Shown: positions 25,560-40,700, numbered from the stretch's first letter. The stretch is 64,000 nucleotides of DNA from Cenococcum geophilum (GCA_050273025.1 CP158635.1:1178001-1242000); one strand, 5' to 3'. Program-made: numbers and translations. Notes: a model not told the origin generated them from the letters alone.

Positions 25560-28500
25560 CATTAAAATCTATATTTATAACTATGCTTTTCGTTTACGGC
25601 TCTAACTCTTTATATATTTATTAGCAGCTTATTTACCTTTTAAAAGAAAATCTTTATTATATAATATATTAAACTAATTAAAATCAACCTAAGGATTAAT
25701 AAAAAAGCTTTAGGGCTCTAACCTAAGCTTTAATAGCACTATATACGCGCTACGGAGCACTAATAAAAGGTTATAAATACGACGTCCACTAATACTTCGT
25801 TAGCACTTTGCAAGAGATCGCTGCTATAGCTCTACCTCCACTATACCGTAAAAATCGTTTACGCGGCCTATATCTTTAAGACGAAGCAGGTTAACTAAAA
25901 CACCCATATATTAAAGCCACCTACCCTATAAGTTTAACCTTTCTTTATCTATAACTGTAATAATTAGTTAAGCCTTTCCAGGAAGTATACTGCTAAGAGG
26001 GTATATCTGCCCAGAAGTGGCAGTTTACGTATACTCTTACACCTATATATAATCTCGTCTCTATTTACCTTAGCTCTGCCAATTATATATATATTAGATA
26101 AACTCTTTAGCTATAGAGTCTAGGCTCTTTCCATCCCGCTTCTAACATTGGACTAAGTTATAGATGCACATAAAGTATAAGCCTACTTTAAAAGAATCCT
26201 CTTCTCTATAATCCATTTAAATATTAGTAGTAGAGGTTCTATCCTACTTATTACAATTCTCTTATAAAAACACAGCTAGTGCTTTAATAAAACCAGAAAG
26301 CCCTGTTTCGTTTTTAACTTAATATACCCAGCGCCATATTTTAATTAGGATACTAGCCTCTTCCGCTGCATATCTATTATCCTAGTTAATAAACTAGCCC
26401 ATATCGGTTAGGTCTACTAGTTGTGTTAAGGTTATAGCGTAAACTACCTTAGCAATGTCTACTGGCGATAAAGGTTTCGTCACTTTAAGCATACGGAGTT
26501 CTTTTATTGCTATTATTTGGAGGTACTAGGTATTATAATAGAGCAATTACTCCTAGTAGTCAGAGCGCTTATTTATACAGTTAAAAAATGCCTTTACTAG
26601 AAGTTTATACATAACCTTACTATACTTAACGTCTATACTAGTAAGGCTACCTATCTTATAGATATAGTAGGGGTAATAGGTAAGAGCGTAAAGCTTTAGA
26701 ATATTAAAGTGCCGTTCCTGCGTTACGCGGTATAATAGGCGGAATCTAAAGAAGGCGGTTTTTATCTGGTCTATAATATAGAGTACATATTCCATATACC
26801 TAATAGTATTATTATTATATAAAGCGTATTATATAAGCATTATAAAGTCCAAAACTGCTCAAGCATATAGCATTACTTCTATATATTCCTTTAGTATAAG
26901 GGGTACTAGTACTGCTATAAGCTATCACATTATATCCTTCCGGAGATAGCCTATCCATTAACCAACTAATATAAACTCTTTAAACCGTTTCATACTAACA
27001 AATTCCGGTATTTAACTAAATCGTTCATTTAGCACGGCATTAACATAGTCTTCAGTTAAACCCTACCACTTTAGTTACCCTTTTAATCGCCGTAGTTTTG
27101 CATTTTTAAGCAAGAGATTCTTAGTCCAGTCAATTAGGTCGGTTACTATCCCTTTTATAAGCTGGTGTAGTATATTAGGAGTTATACAGGTATAGATATT
27201 CACTAAGTAATGCTTCCAGGCAAAGTTTTATTATAGGTAAACCTAAGCATCGTCCAACTGTTTAATATTCCTTCTAGATTGGAGCTCTATTTATTGTCTT
27301 ATGCTTATATAATTACGGAACTTCCATTTAGCCTAGAGATTTCCTCGCTAGTCGGGCGGTATCTGGCATATAGTGTATTATCAAAGATTCTTTACACCTA
27401 TAATTACAACTTACTCCTTATAGTCCGCTATTATTAATAAAATAATAGGGTAACATACTCTTATCTTTCTGTCTATATAGGCAATATAAATACCAGTCTT
27501 TAAAATCATTTCTAGCGCTTAAGATGCCATCAGTTAATAATATACGGGTAGGTGGCTTAAAGCACTTATGGGCTAATATAAGTTCTATTACGGTATAGTA
27601 TACTTCTAATTTAACCTACCCTTTTATAATAGGAATAAACCTAAGTAATACTATACCCGGGCGTTTCTGTACATAGCAAGTTCGGCTATCTAAGTTAAAC
27701 ACCAAAGCATACACTGGATATATTATTATTTTACCTTATTCAGACAGTAAGGTCTTATTAGTCGCAATAACTAATAGTACTATAGTAGCGCCCAGTGGAA
27801 GCTAGTCCTACTAGTGCTACTAACAGTTACTAGTATAAACTTCTATATACATCCGTAAATTATCATCATTAAATAGTCAAACTGGGGCGTATATAAGATT
27901 TAGGGCGAATGGCTAGTAACCTAGTAAGAACCGTAGTACCTACACAATACTTCTGTATTGGATGTAGTATTCAGTCTATTTTATTAAACCCTTTCCTTTA
28001 TTAACTTGCAACGTATATTCTTCTTATTTTTTAGGCATAATACCCTGGTTTAATTAATTATATCTCCAAAATAAGTCGTTTAAGTTCTTTACAGATATCT
28101 AATCTTATAGTAGCGGAGCAAGCTAGGGGTCTCGTAGAAATTAATCAATAGCCCCCTATAACACTTTTTCTTGGACAAAGAATAGGGCAAGTATATACTC
28201 CGCTTTACTTTAAAATAGGTAGAATTCGGTTCTAGCGTCATTAGGTAGATTAGGGCATTACTAATATAGCTACGTCTTGTCTTTGGTCGCATAGTATTAC
28301 ACTAGTTCACCAGCACCTCTCCCAGTAACCTCTATATAGCCTTCTATCCTAACAAATATCGCAGTTAATAACAATCCTCTCTCTTATAGGGGGGGTTTCG
28401 GTTAGTTAATAGAGGTCTCTATAGTAGGTACCTCACAGCATATAGCCTGGTCGTTTAACAGTGGGGTAGATATCCCATTAGCAGTAATAATTACTATATC

Positions 28501-28860
28501 ATTATTGCGCAATACAAAGCCCTTATCTTTAGAAGATATTTGTCAGTTACAGTTGGCGATTTTTAGTATATTATCGAATCCGTCATCAGTAGTTTAATAG
28601 TTAAATTAGACCGGTTCATTCTTATCCTTACGTCTACGCCTTTTCTAGGGGTTGCTTTACCTTTAGATTTTATTCTTACATTTACATTTTATTTTATAAC
28701 GTTCCGCGCCACTAGTAGAATATAGGATTGCACGGTATCGGCTATATCTTCTATCTATAAAGTATACGGTAACTATTATAGATTTAGCTAGTGTTTACGG
28801 CTTATTAATACTTAACTTACTCTTATACTAGGGTAGTAATATATTAAGTAGATATAATAT
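25560..28860 (-). pseudogene. Plavaka-family transposase, RIP-mutated; boundaries approximate
   Basis: RIP-corrected motifs: YT.NWW..Q..LP.GATIV....ATDKT.LS...YPVY...GNL (~27840-27690), DYEEQ (~27420), CITPDILHQL.KG (~27190-27150), HFNIPKLHALTHY...I..IGS......E..HK..VK..F..TNK (ORF 26553-26795). Confidence 0.85.
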
Positions 28861-29069
28861 TATTATTTCTAGCTTTATAGTTAGTAAGGAGTAAAGTAGA
28901 CGCGTATAGAGGATTTTTTATAAACTACTTACGCGTGGAGTTTATAAGGTATTATATAATCCGCCAATAATAAGATACCTAAAAATGCAATATTTATAAT
29001 ATTACAGATATCTAACTCTTATAAACCACTAACCTCGAAATTATCTCCTATTAACATCACTAGATTTTA

Positions 29070-30240
29070 ATTTCTTATAATTCTAGTTCTAATATACACT
29101 GCCAAACCTATACGTTAGTTCGGTTTGCAATATTATAAATATTAGCATGCTATATTATATACCTAGGGCATACTATATATAATAGTCGCAATATCGCCTC
29201 CTCACATCCTTGTTTCCTACCTCTTAGCAGCACTACCTAGCTCTAGGGCATACACCAGACCCGCGCGTTAGTACGGTTTACAATATCGCAAATATTGGCG
29301 TGCTATATCGCATGCTATATATACAATAGTCGCAATATTACAACCTTAGTTCCCGCCTCTTAGCAGCACTACCTGGCTCTAGGGCATAGCACCAGACCTA
29401 TACGTTGGTACGATTTGCAATATTGCAAATATTAGCATACTATATCACACACCTAAGGCATACTATATATGCAATAGTCGTAATATTACAACCTTAGTTC
29501 CTACCTCTTAGCACCACTACCTGGCTCTAGGGCATAGCACTAGACCTATACATTAGTACGATTTACAATATTATAAATATTAGCGTGCTGTATCGCATAC
29601 CTAAGGCATACTATATATACAATAGTCGTAATATTACAACCTTAGTTCCCGCCTCTTAGCACCACCACCTAGCTCTAGGGTATAGCACCAGACCTATACA
29701 TTAGTATGATTTACAATATTGCAAATATTGGCGTGCTATATCGCATACCTAAGGCATACTATATATACAATAGTCGCAATATTATAACCTTGGTTCCCGC
29801 CTCTTAGCGGCACCACCTAGCTCTAGGGCATAGCACCAGACCTATACGTTAGTATAATTTGCAATATTACAAATATTAGCGTACTATATCGCATACCTAA
29901 GGCATGCTATATATACAATAGTCGCAATATTATAACCTTAGTTCCCGCCTCTTAGCAGTACCACCTAAGTTCTAGTTCCCTTAATCCCTAACCTAGGGCA
30001 TACTACTAGACCATTACATTAATATATTTTACAATATTGCAAATACTACCATACTATATCGCATACTTAAGGCATCTCATATCTACAATAATTATAGGCT
30101 TAACTCATTACCTTCTTATATCCCAGCTGCACTTAGCACTAATAGGTTTTGCTTCCCTTTAATCCCAGATCTAGGGCATATACTTAGCTCCCTATAACTA
30201 CAAGATTCCGCAATATTACAGTTATTTAAATATCGCGCTA
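29070..30240. repeat. Tandem array, 148-bp unit (about 5 regular plus degenerate flanking copies)
   Basis: caaccttagttccc recurs at 29341, 29489, 29637, 29785 and 29933. The unit holds the palindrome atttgcaatattgcaaat (e.g. 29413-29430). Confidence 0.93.
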
Positions 30241-30567
30241 TATACCTAAGAAATGGAATATATACATTATCTATAACATCTAAATCCTCTACCTAAGCTT
30301 TTAATTTATATTTTCTATATAATAATTATATTTTCCTAGGATCCTAATTATAAGACACCTCTACCCTTAGGCAATTATGCGTTTTCGTAATATTGCCAAT
30401 ATCTAGGGTTATGCACTTTCACTTTTATCTCTATACTTATTTATAAAATTAATTTACCTTACCGTCACAAATCTAGCCTCTAGTCATTTACTTCTATAAC
30501 ATTTAACCCTCCTTAACCCTCTCTTTTCTATATTATATTTCTTACTATATTATAAGCAACTCGCAAA

Positions 30568-33500
30568 ATGTTTTACTAGCGGCAGTTTTCGTATTATATC
30601 CTTTCTTATATTTAAGTTTAGCAAGTTATATATCTTAGTCTATTAGTGCTATACTAGTCCGCCCATTTACTAATCACGCTAATTAATCATTCTAGAATCT
30701 GTATTTTAACCCACTGTTAGGGTTCTGCCCTTCTATATAAATACCATCTAGGACGCCAAGACTGCTATCTAATCATCCTACAAGATAAACCCTAAGAGAT
30801 TAGAACTTAAGGCGGCAATACTATAGGGAAGCTAGGACTAAGTTAGGAATATATCTAGCACTTATAATTGTGTTCGCGCTAGAGAATACATTAAGTATGG
30901 GATATACAGCAATATAGAAGCGTTGGCGTTTAATAATTGCCGCCTTTAAGCAGTATCCCATCCAGTTATTTATAGAGAGGAGCTGCTCGGCACTATTATA
31001 GAGCGAAAATTAAAATGGTAGAAGGAGTAAGACTAGAATCAGCAAGCTAAAAAAGGGTAACACCATTTATAGGTAATAGGAATAATTCTAACCTAGTGCC
31101 TTCTCGCTAGTCTAGAACACCAGAGCTTATAAAAAAGCATTACTATAATAAATTAAAAGCACCTCCGGCTAACGCCCCAAGTGGGATCTCGCCGCACTTT
31201 ATTAAGAGTAAAGTAACTTTATAAGCTTGCTCTATAACAATATATTCTAGTACTACTTATATTATTACTTAGTCTTATTTCCAATCTATTATAAAGCAGA
31301 AGCCTCATAAGTCCGCCTACTAGACACTAGTTAGCCCATGCTAGAACAAGCTTATATTAATAGCTATCGCACCCAGTAGTAAGATTTGGCCTATAGGCTT
31401 TAACACTAAGCGCCCTTATAATAGCTATGGTCCTGCCTAATATAGGAAAAAGCTAGCTATTATAATTAGCGACGCTATAAACTCTAGTTTATAAATGCTA
31501 AAGCCGGAAGTCTAACTTCTATATAAGTGCTTTATATTGCAGGTATTTCAGCTCTTATAGCATATCACTAATATTTAAATCTAGTTATATCCTTATTAAA
31601 TACATAGGTTACAGCTAGCCCATTTCCAACCCTAGATAGCACAACTTCTATGCCAATAACGCCTTAAACCGGTATTTAGAAACTAGTCGCCACCAAAATA
31701 TCTACTAGTTCTGGTAACAATACCACCCTAACTAACCCGCTATTAATCCCCACCTATATTCCTAAAAATAGCGACCAGTTCACGGCTGGTATTGCTAAAA
31801 TTACTACCATTAGTAAAAATAATACTGTAATCTAAAAAGGACAATATAGATACTTCTAGAAGTCAGCCATCTCTACTACTAGCGTTAGTAAATACCCCCG
31901 AGCCGTACGGGATTAAGAAGATAGTACAATTAGAAAATAATATAACAACTCTAAACAACGCCATAGACGTAGAGTTTACTAACAGCAGTAATAACGAAGA
32001 TAATAGCGCTCCCCTCCCTAGTAAAGGTGATGGCGCTAAAAACGACTTCGTGGACTATAAGAATAAAAGGGATATTAGTAATCCCAATGCCACGTTTTTT
32101 TAATGCATGTACGTCCATATATCTCCAATATATCCAATATAAACGCTCTCTAAATTTAAAACCAATATTCATTTAGTTTAAATCCTGGCTTTAACTAAGT
32201 AATAAGGAAAGAATATAAGTATATTAACGAAAATCTATGACCAGAGGTATGCGGATGCCTCCGTTTTGATCCTAATACTAACTTTAACGCAGGTAGCCTT
32301 TTATTGCCACTATAGCCGGTTATAAAATCCTTTAGGGAAAAAAAATGTTAACTAATTACCGCCTATTGTCAGATTATATTTAAAAAAGACGACGTTAATA
32401 GCGGTATGCGCGCTAACTAGATAGGCTTAGGCAAGATAGTAACCGCAATTCTTGCCCATCTACTAAACTGATTAATTAATGTTAATAAATAGGCCATTTA
32501 GGATTCCCGAGTAAAAAGTATAGATTATATTTTACTTATTCCGGAGGGAAAGCCAAAAGCGCGGAATACTCCTTATGGGATAGATTATAAAGGCAGTATA
32601 CCTATATTAATAAGAATCTATATTCTAAATTTAAAGAGTTAATAGACTAACGCTTCTTATAGCGCTACCTAGACGTTTATTAGCCTGGGTAAACAATATA
32701 AAAGTAGGGCTTAGCTATTAACGTATTAAGGATATACGCAAATCCGTAGATATAAATAGTAGAAGGGATATTTAGTTTCGGCTAATCTATAATAACTATA
32801 ACAAAATAAACTGCAAGTTCCTCTCTAATATTCTTAAGTACTATAAAAGCAATATTATTCTTAATACAGATACCCCCAACGTTAAATATTATACCCTACT
32901 TATTAGCTTATCTAGATTTTGTTATTACTATAATATTAAAGTATTAAAAAAAATCTCTTAAGTCTACTAGGTATAAAATAGCACAGACTATAAAGTCCGA
33001 AATGCCCTGTTATATAGCACCATATATATCTTATCCAATTCTATTATATTAAGAAGCGCTTAACTTAAAGCTAGTAGTTAATTAGTAGGTCCGCGAAAAT
33101 TAGCTAATTAGATAATACCCTTGTCTGGTAATATTTTAGTGCTCCAAGAGGCGCTATTTCTAGTAATCTTGGCGCCTTTCTAGAAACTCTATTAATAAGG
33201 CAGGGTAATAAATGGGAGAGTAAGCCTGGTTATAATCTACTACTCGGCCCCAATGTCTTTATACTATAGGGAAGTGTTAATAAGATAGTTAGGACAAAAG
33301 TAAAGCTAACTAAAGGTGCTAGGAAGAAAATATAAGAGGTTATAAACGGCTTCTATAATATTATCCCCTAGTTCGTTATTAGATGTTTAATAAAGACAAA
33401 GTGGTTCATTAAGGAACTACTTATTTGGATTAAAGCGACGCGAACCAACCGGAACTCCCACACCACCTATAATCCCTTTGCTGCAAAGCAGATAAATAAG

Positions 33501-34420
33501 GCCACTTTTAACCTTAAAATAAAGTTTAAGCCACCATATAGTAAGAAATTAGTTGGCTAATTATATAGAGTGTTAAAACTATAATACGGAACTATAGAAT
33601 AATATTAGCTTAGTGTGGCATTATAGAAAGCCTTTATATCTATACCAGTTTTTCAAAATAGCATAATTAAAAGGACAAAGGTTAAGGTTTTAATATGCCT
33701 ATTATACCCATATGCTTATTAAAACAATAATAAATAAAATTATACCCTTGGCCGTTACAAGAACCTTAACAATTTAATCCTTTATAGTAAGTCAGACTCT
33801 TCTATACAGACAAGCCCAAATATAGATACCTTAAAGACTATTTTTACTAAACTTGGGCCTACTCGTAAATGTAATCTATAGAAATTAATTATATTTACCG
33901 CATTCCCTATAATCGCATTTATAATACGCCTAGTATATTATATTTATAATAAGCGCAATATTCTTACATCCCACTCTTTATTTAATCTCTTAGATATAAA
34001 TATAGCGAGAATACCTGCCATTTTATAGCTAGCCAGATCCAGATTAAGAGGGATAAAGTTATTATTAACGACTTCAACACCAAGGCCTACTAAGGCCTCT
34101 TACTTCTACCGGCCAGGATCCAGATAGTAACTCTTAGCAGTAACTTTACTACTTAAATCTCTTACTAAGTTTCGTTCTGCCGGTGTAAAATCAGTAGCTT
34201 AGAGCTTATTTTTAGTATTATAGATTTTAGAGCCGTAGATCAATCAATTAGCGTAGAGCCGTTATATTGTAGTAAAGCTATATCTAGGCAATCTATATCG
34301 TAATCCTTGGTATAATATTACATATAGAAATGCTTAATTGTAAGAATTATATTTTAATTAAATTTATAAGATTATAACTAAAAGTCCTCGCGGTATAGTG
34401 ATACGGTAAGTAATATAATT
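30568..34420 (+). pseudogene. SNF2-family ATPase-like gene, copy 1 (motif I and IV visible; II, V and VI not recognisable)
   Basis: GG.RAD(Q)MGLGKTVTAI at ~32400-32450 and KLIIFTAFP at ~33880. Segments are near-identical to copy 2 (31270-31810 vs 38410-38950; 32100-32580 vs 39260-39730). Introns present. Confidence 0.75.
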
Positions 34421-34694
34421 ACTGCTATTTAGAGCTAGCCCAATAAGATTAAAAATAGTTATCTCTAATATATATATATACATAACAAGAAGCGTAACTT
34501 ATAAAATTGGGCCTTAAGATTTAATCAAAAATATAATATTTATAATTTAAAGCCTTTGCTAATACATAATTTCACAATAAATAACCTTCTTTTTATTGTT
34601 CTTAACGCGCTACGGATAAGAATTAAACCTACTACGCCTAAGAGTTGCACTCGCGACATCTAATTACTCGATCTGGCTAGGTAGCTCAGTAACA

Positions 34695-34795
34695 ATACGA
34701 TAAGACTCGGCAACGATATAATAAGGCTTATAAGACTCGGCGACAATATAATAAGGCTTATAAGACTTAGCGGTAATATAATAAGACTTGGCGTC
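34695..34795. repeat. Short tandem repeat, ~31-bp unit, about 3 copies
   Basis: ataagactcggcaacgatataataaggctt repeated between two convergent cargo genes. Confidence 0.8.
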
Positions 34796-35099
34796 AAGCA
34801 CTAGGAGAATTTAGGGGTTACTCTATCACTATAGGAAGGCTATAATACTTAGCGTAGTATTAAACTTTAAAGATCCCATTTATGGAGTTTTTATTAATAA
34901 CCTATTAATAAAACGTTAACAGCGCTTAATTTTAGTACTTTTATTGGCGGGTATAGGCCTTTAAATTTATGGGTTTATATGGGATAATATAGTCTTTAAC
35001 GCCATTTAAAAGGCCTCCAATAATATTAGCAATATTATAAATATTAACGTGCGTTATATGCCATACATGCAATATTTAAAATCTCGCCTATTGCCGGAG

Positions 35100-36650
35100 T
35101 TATAGTTTCTATAACCCCGTATACACCCTAAACCCATATAATAGTGAGTTTATTTCATTTCTAATAGCTCCTCGCACTACTTACGTAACCTTAATTAAAT
35201 TTCCACGTTATGCGCCGCCTACCTAAGATCCTCTAAATAACTAGGATAGCAAACGCATAAAGTAAAAGCCCTATCCCATCTCAATTTTAGGCATTTACCG
35301 TCGTAATTACCTTAAAAGCTCCTTACTAACCCCCCATTAGATTTTCGTCGGACCGCCGTTCTACAGCTTACTCTTTAGCTTCTTAATTACTCGGCCAACC
35401 TCTCTATAACAATTATTGGCCATTAAACCGGCGTAGTTACTGATATTACTTGCGACTTCGAAGAGCTATTTACGGATAAGGTTTTTCTAGATACTATTAA
35501 GTCTTTAGTTTATAGCGTCTAGTTCGGCTATCTTAGACTCTTTTAAGTCCTTAAACTTAGTGTTAAGCTAGTTTTACTTATACTTCAGCGTAACTAGTTC
35601 TAGCAGCGATTTCTTAATCCGTTTAATTTCTGCCTTTAACTTATCGCGCTCCTTTATAAGACGGATTTCTAGGGCTAATTAGGCTGTCTTTATACAATCT
35701 AGCTCCGCCTTTAATTGGTCGTACTTAAGCGTCTAAGAATCCTCTATTAACTTTTATGTGCTCTTTATAGCCTCCAATTCTTGCACAAATTTAACTAACT
35801 TTTTAGACGTCGCAATAGACTTATTATGCCAATAATTAACTAATCTTAAATAAGATGAGACTGTTATATCTAGTGCCTTATATTTCGCTAAAAGCTTTTA
35901 AAACATTACCTTTCTCTAATTTATATTATTATGCGCTTCGGTTAGTGCGAATATAGTTTTATAACCTTAGAGTTATAGTCCTACTTTATTACTTAGGCGT
36001 CCTAAATTAGATTAACAATAGATATATTCTAAGCCTTCTTAGCTTTTTAAAGTTCCTTAATATTAGTCTTTAGACTCTCTATATTCTGGCGATTAGCAGC
36101 TAACGCAGTCTATAAAGTATCCTACTTCTCCTTTATACAACTAATTATCTAACTTATAACATTAAAGAGGTCCCCCTTTTATAGTTTTCTAGTTTCCATA
36201 ACAGCCATCTCTATAGCGCTATTTTTATTTAACTTAGTTCTCTCTAGACTATATATAGCGGCATTTCTAGCGGCCGACAGAATAGAATGGGTTGGCGAAG
36301 GCTTCTTAAGAGGTAGCTAAACTGTCTTTATAGCTTTAGCTACCTTACCATTCTTCTCTTACTTAATCAGAAACCCTCTAATCCCCTTTTAGCAACTATC
36401 CGCCGCCTTTTTCTTTCGCGGCTTTAGAGCTAGCTTTATAGTTCCATTTCCGTTCTTTAGTAACACCTTTTTAACATAGGGACGCTTAGTACGCTTAGCT
36501 AGGGTAGTTGTATACCCCAGCTTTTTATTTATCTATAATAACCAATTAGCGTAAGATATCTATAACTCCTTACCAGCATACGTACTATTGCGACGTTTAC
36601 CTTAAAATAGGTTAAGGGCTAGTATATAGTTAAGGTAAGGGGAAATTTAT
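35100..36650 (-). pseudogene. Unknown coiled-coil/basic protein, RIP-mutated; boundaries approximate
   Basis: The minus strand reads as an E/K/L/Q-rich helical stretch with a basic patch (RKKKAAD, ~36420) and a branch/acceptor signal (gctaattggttattatag, ~36550). No family recognised. Confidence 0.45.
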
Positions 36651-36729
36651 TCTAATATAGAGAGTAGGTAATAGATAGGTGGATATATAGTTTATAATAT
36701 CACGAATATCTTTACACTAATTTGTATAC

Positions 36730-37460
36730 TTAGGGCATGCTATATATATAATAGTCGCAATATCACCTCTTCGCAACCTTAGTTCCCGCTCTTAGTAGCA
36801 CTACCCAGCTCTAGGGCATAGCACTAGACCCATACGTTAGTATAATTTACAATATTATAAATATTAGCGTACTATATCGCATACCTAAGGCATACTATAT
36901 ATGCAATAGTCGTAATATTACAACCTTAGTTCCCGCTCTTAATAGCACCACCTAGCTCTAGGGCATAGCACTAGACCCATACATTAGTACGATTTGCAAT
37001 ATTATAAATATTAGCGTACTGTATTATATACCTAAGGCATACTATATATACAATAGTCGTAATATTATAACCTTAGTTCCTACCTCTTAGCAGCACCACC
37101 TAGCTCTAGGGCATAGCACTAGACCTATACGTTAGTACGGTTTATAATATTATAGATATTAGCGTACTATATCGCATACCTAAGGCATGCTATATATATA
37201 ATAGTCACAATATTATAACCTTAGTTCCCGCCTCTTAGCAGCACTACCTAAGTTCTAGTTCCCTTAATCCCTAACCTAAGGCACACTATTAGACTATTAT
37301 ATTAATATATTTTGCAATATTGCAAATACTAACATACTACGTCATATACTTAAGGCATCTTATATCTGCAATAATTACAGGCTTAACTTATTACCTTCTC
37401 GCATTCTAGCTGCACTTAGCACTAACGGGTTTTACTTCCCTAGAATCCCTAATTTAGGGC
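36730..37460. repeat. Second tandem array of the same 147-148-bp unit
   Basis: caaccttagttccc-type motif at ~36774, 36921, 37068 and 37216. The terminal degenerate units match those of the first array. Confidence 0.93.
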
Positions 37461-37736
37461 ACGCCACCAGATCCACGCAAATATATACAATATTTTAATT
37501 ATTTTCATTTAATCTATTATACCCAGCCTAATATTACCAATATTGCGCGCAATAACCATTTATTTTATTTTAGTTTAATTCTTAAATTAATTCACCTTCT
37601 TAGTTGTTGGTTATTTACCTATATAGTTAGCAAACCTTTTCTACCTTATGTCTTCTATTACAAGTCCACCGTCTTAACTTTTTTCATCCTAGTATATCTT
37701 CTCACACTAGATATTATTAAGAGGAGATTTTTCACA

Positions 37737-40700
37737 ATGGCTTCTTAGGAAAGTAAGCTTAGTAAGTTAAACTATATAGGCCATTAAAGCTAAGCTAGTT
37801 TATCCTTTTACTATTTATACTAACCCGCTATTATAGGTCCTAAAGTATAGCCCATCGCCAATAACAAACCCTTACACCCGCATTCTATTTAGTACACCTC
37901 GGCTGCTATCTAGCCATTAGACGTAATAGTCTATTAGGGTTTAGCAATTAATATATCTGGGCTATATACGGCTAAGGCCTACCTTTAAAAGATACTTAAT
38001 AAACATAGATATTTTAAGGCTAAACAATACCGCTAAACCGAGATCCGTAGCAATATAAAAGCAATTACACTTACTAAGATTAACGCCTTTAAGCAGTGTC
38101 CCGATTAAACGTTTATAGAAAGAAGCTACTTAGCACTTATTATAAGGATAAAGTTAAACAAATTAAGAGTAAAATCGGAACCGCTAAGTTAAAAGAGGCC
38201 AACTCTATTAATAGACCCAGAAGATAACTTAGACTTAATTCCTCTACGCCTAAATAAAAACCGGAAAGGTTATAAGAAGCATTATTAAGCAAAACCAGAA
38301 ATACCTAAAGCTAACCCTTATGCCGGGATCTTACTATACTATATTAAGAGTAACGTAACCCTATCGGCGTATACTATATATATATCTCACAGTTCTAATA
38401 CTGCTATTACTTAGTTTCGTCTCTAAGCTATTATAAAAGATAAGTTTCATAGGTCCACTAATTAGACGCTAGACAGTTTATCTTAAGATAAGCTCGTATT
38501 AAAAGCTACCGCATCCAGTGGCGTATTTTATCCCATTAACTTTAATACTAAGTATTTATAAGATAGCTTCGGCCCTATCGGGAATAAAGAAGAGTTAGCT
38601 ACCGCAATTAGCGATACTATAAACTCTAGCTTATAGATGCTAAAGCTAGAAGTCTAACCTTTACGTAAGTGCTTTATATTACAAGTATTGCAGCTCTTTT
38701 AGTATATTGCTAATATTTAAATCTAGCTACATCCCAATTAAATAGATAGACCACACTAGACCCATTTCCGAACCTAGACAGTATAGCTTCTACGCCAATA
38801 ATGCCTTAGACTAATATCCGGAAACCAGTTATCACTAGAATATCTACTAGTTCTAGTAATAACGCCACCCTAACTAACCCGCCTTTAATCTATACCAATA
38901 TTCCTAATAATAGCAACTAGCCTACGCCTAGTATTGCTAAGACCACTACTATTGGCGGAAAGGATACTATAATAGGCGGAACCTCTAAGCAGGGCGATAA
39001 GGATGCTTCCAATAGTTAACTACCTCCGCTATTAGCGTCAGCGGATACTACAGAACTTTATAAAATTAAAAAGATTATATAGGTTAAAAGAAACGGAACG
39101 AATATAATAAACGTCATAGAAGTGTCGTCTAATAACAGTAGTAATAATAAAGATAATAACGATCCCCTCCCTAATGCAGGTAATAAGGCCAAAAACAACT
39201 TTAAGGACCATGCGGATAACGAGAAAGGGAATAATCCTAATATTACGTTCTTTAGACGCATATACGTATATATATCTCTAATATATCTAATATAGATACT
39301 CTCTTAATTTAAAACTAATTTTTTTTAGCTTAAATTCTAGTTTTAATTAGGCGATAAAGAAGGAGTGTAAATATATTAACGAAACTCTATAGTTAGAGGT
39401 ATGTAAATGCCTCCGTCTTAATCCTAACGCCAACCTTAACGCAGATAGCCTTTTATTGCCGCTATAGCCGGTTACAAAATCCTTTAGAGTAAAAAAATAT
39501 TAACTAATTACCGCCTATTACTAGACCGTAAATAAAAAATATAACGTTAATAGTGGTATATACGCGGACCAGATAGGCTTAGGTAAGACAGTTACTATAA
39601 TTCTTACCCATCTATTAAACAGATTAATTATTATTAATTAATAGGCTATTTAGGATTCCTGAGCAAAAAAAGATAGATTATATCTTACTTATTCTGCTAG
39701 GGAAGCTAAGGATGCGCAATGCCCCTTATAGGGTAGCCTGCTAATTTAGTGCATATATATTAACAAGAATCTATACTCCATATTTAAAAGACTTAATAGC
39801 CTAATACTTATAATAGCACCACCTAAAGCTCTATTGGCATAGAAAAAGAACATTAAGCTAGTATTTAGCGAAAATTACTTAACTATAATGCGCGAGAACA
39901 TAGGCAAGAATAAGGGCACCGCGGATATTCAGTTTCGAATTATATATAGTAACTACGCAAAAACGGCCTGGGAGTACCGGAAAGGTAACTCTAAATTCCT
40001 TCTTAGCTATATAGAGCCTAACCTAGATAACCCGGACGATATATTATATAATCCTCCCACTAATTTATCCCGCTTTATTATCGCCATGACTATTAAATGC
40101 TAGAAATAACGATTCCTGTACTTACTAGGCGAGATTCTACCTAGGGCACACTATTGATTAAACGCAGTAGTATGGCTCTATATGTTTTTTAATAAGTTTT
40201 ATACCACTAAGAATAGCTAAACTTAGTTATGGACTATAACTAGACAGCTCGCGATTTAGGCTTTACCGAATAATATCTATCTTTGGGGATATTCGGGCAC
40301 CCTAGCAGGCACTAGCCCTAGTAATCTCGCTATATTTCTGTAAACCTTAGCAATAGGGCGGGATAAAGAATAGGTAGAAAAGCCTAATTATAACCTGCTA
40401 CTCGGTTCTAATATCTGTACGCTATAGGCAAAAATGAATAAAATAGTTTAAATAAAAGCTAAGCTATTAAAGGAGGCTAAGAAAGAAATGGGGGCCATTA
40501 TTAACGGTTTTCGCGATATTGTTTCGCAATTTATAATTGGGCGCTCTATAAATATATAATGGTTTAATAACGAACTATTAATTAAAATTAACGCACGAAG
40601 AGTGGACTGGAATATTCATGTTAAGTATATAGGCGAGGTCTTAAAGCGATTAAATAAGGCTATAGACGAACTAAAGAAAGAGATTAATGCAGTATATAAG

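Noticed and set aside
29070..37460. 148-bp arrays as CRISPR-like repeat-spacer arrays
   Set aside because: Whole units repeat with no unique spacers; differences are mostly RIP transitions; eukaryotic context.
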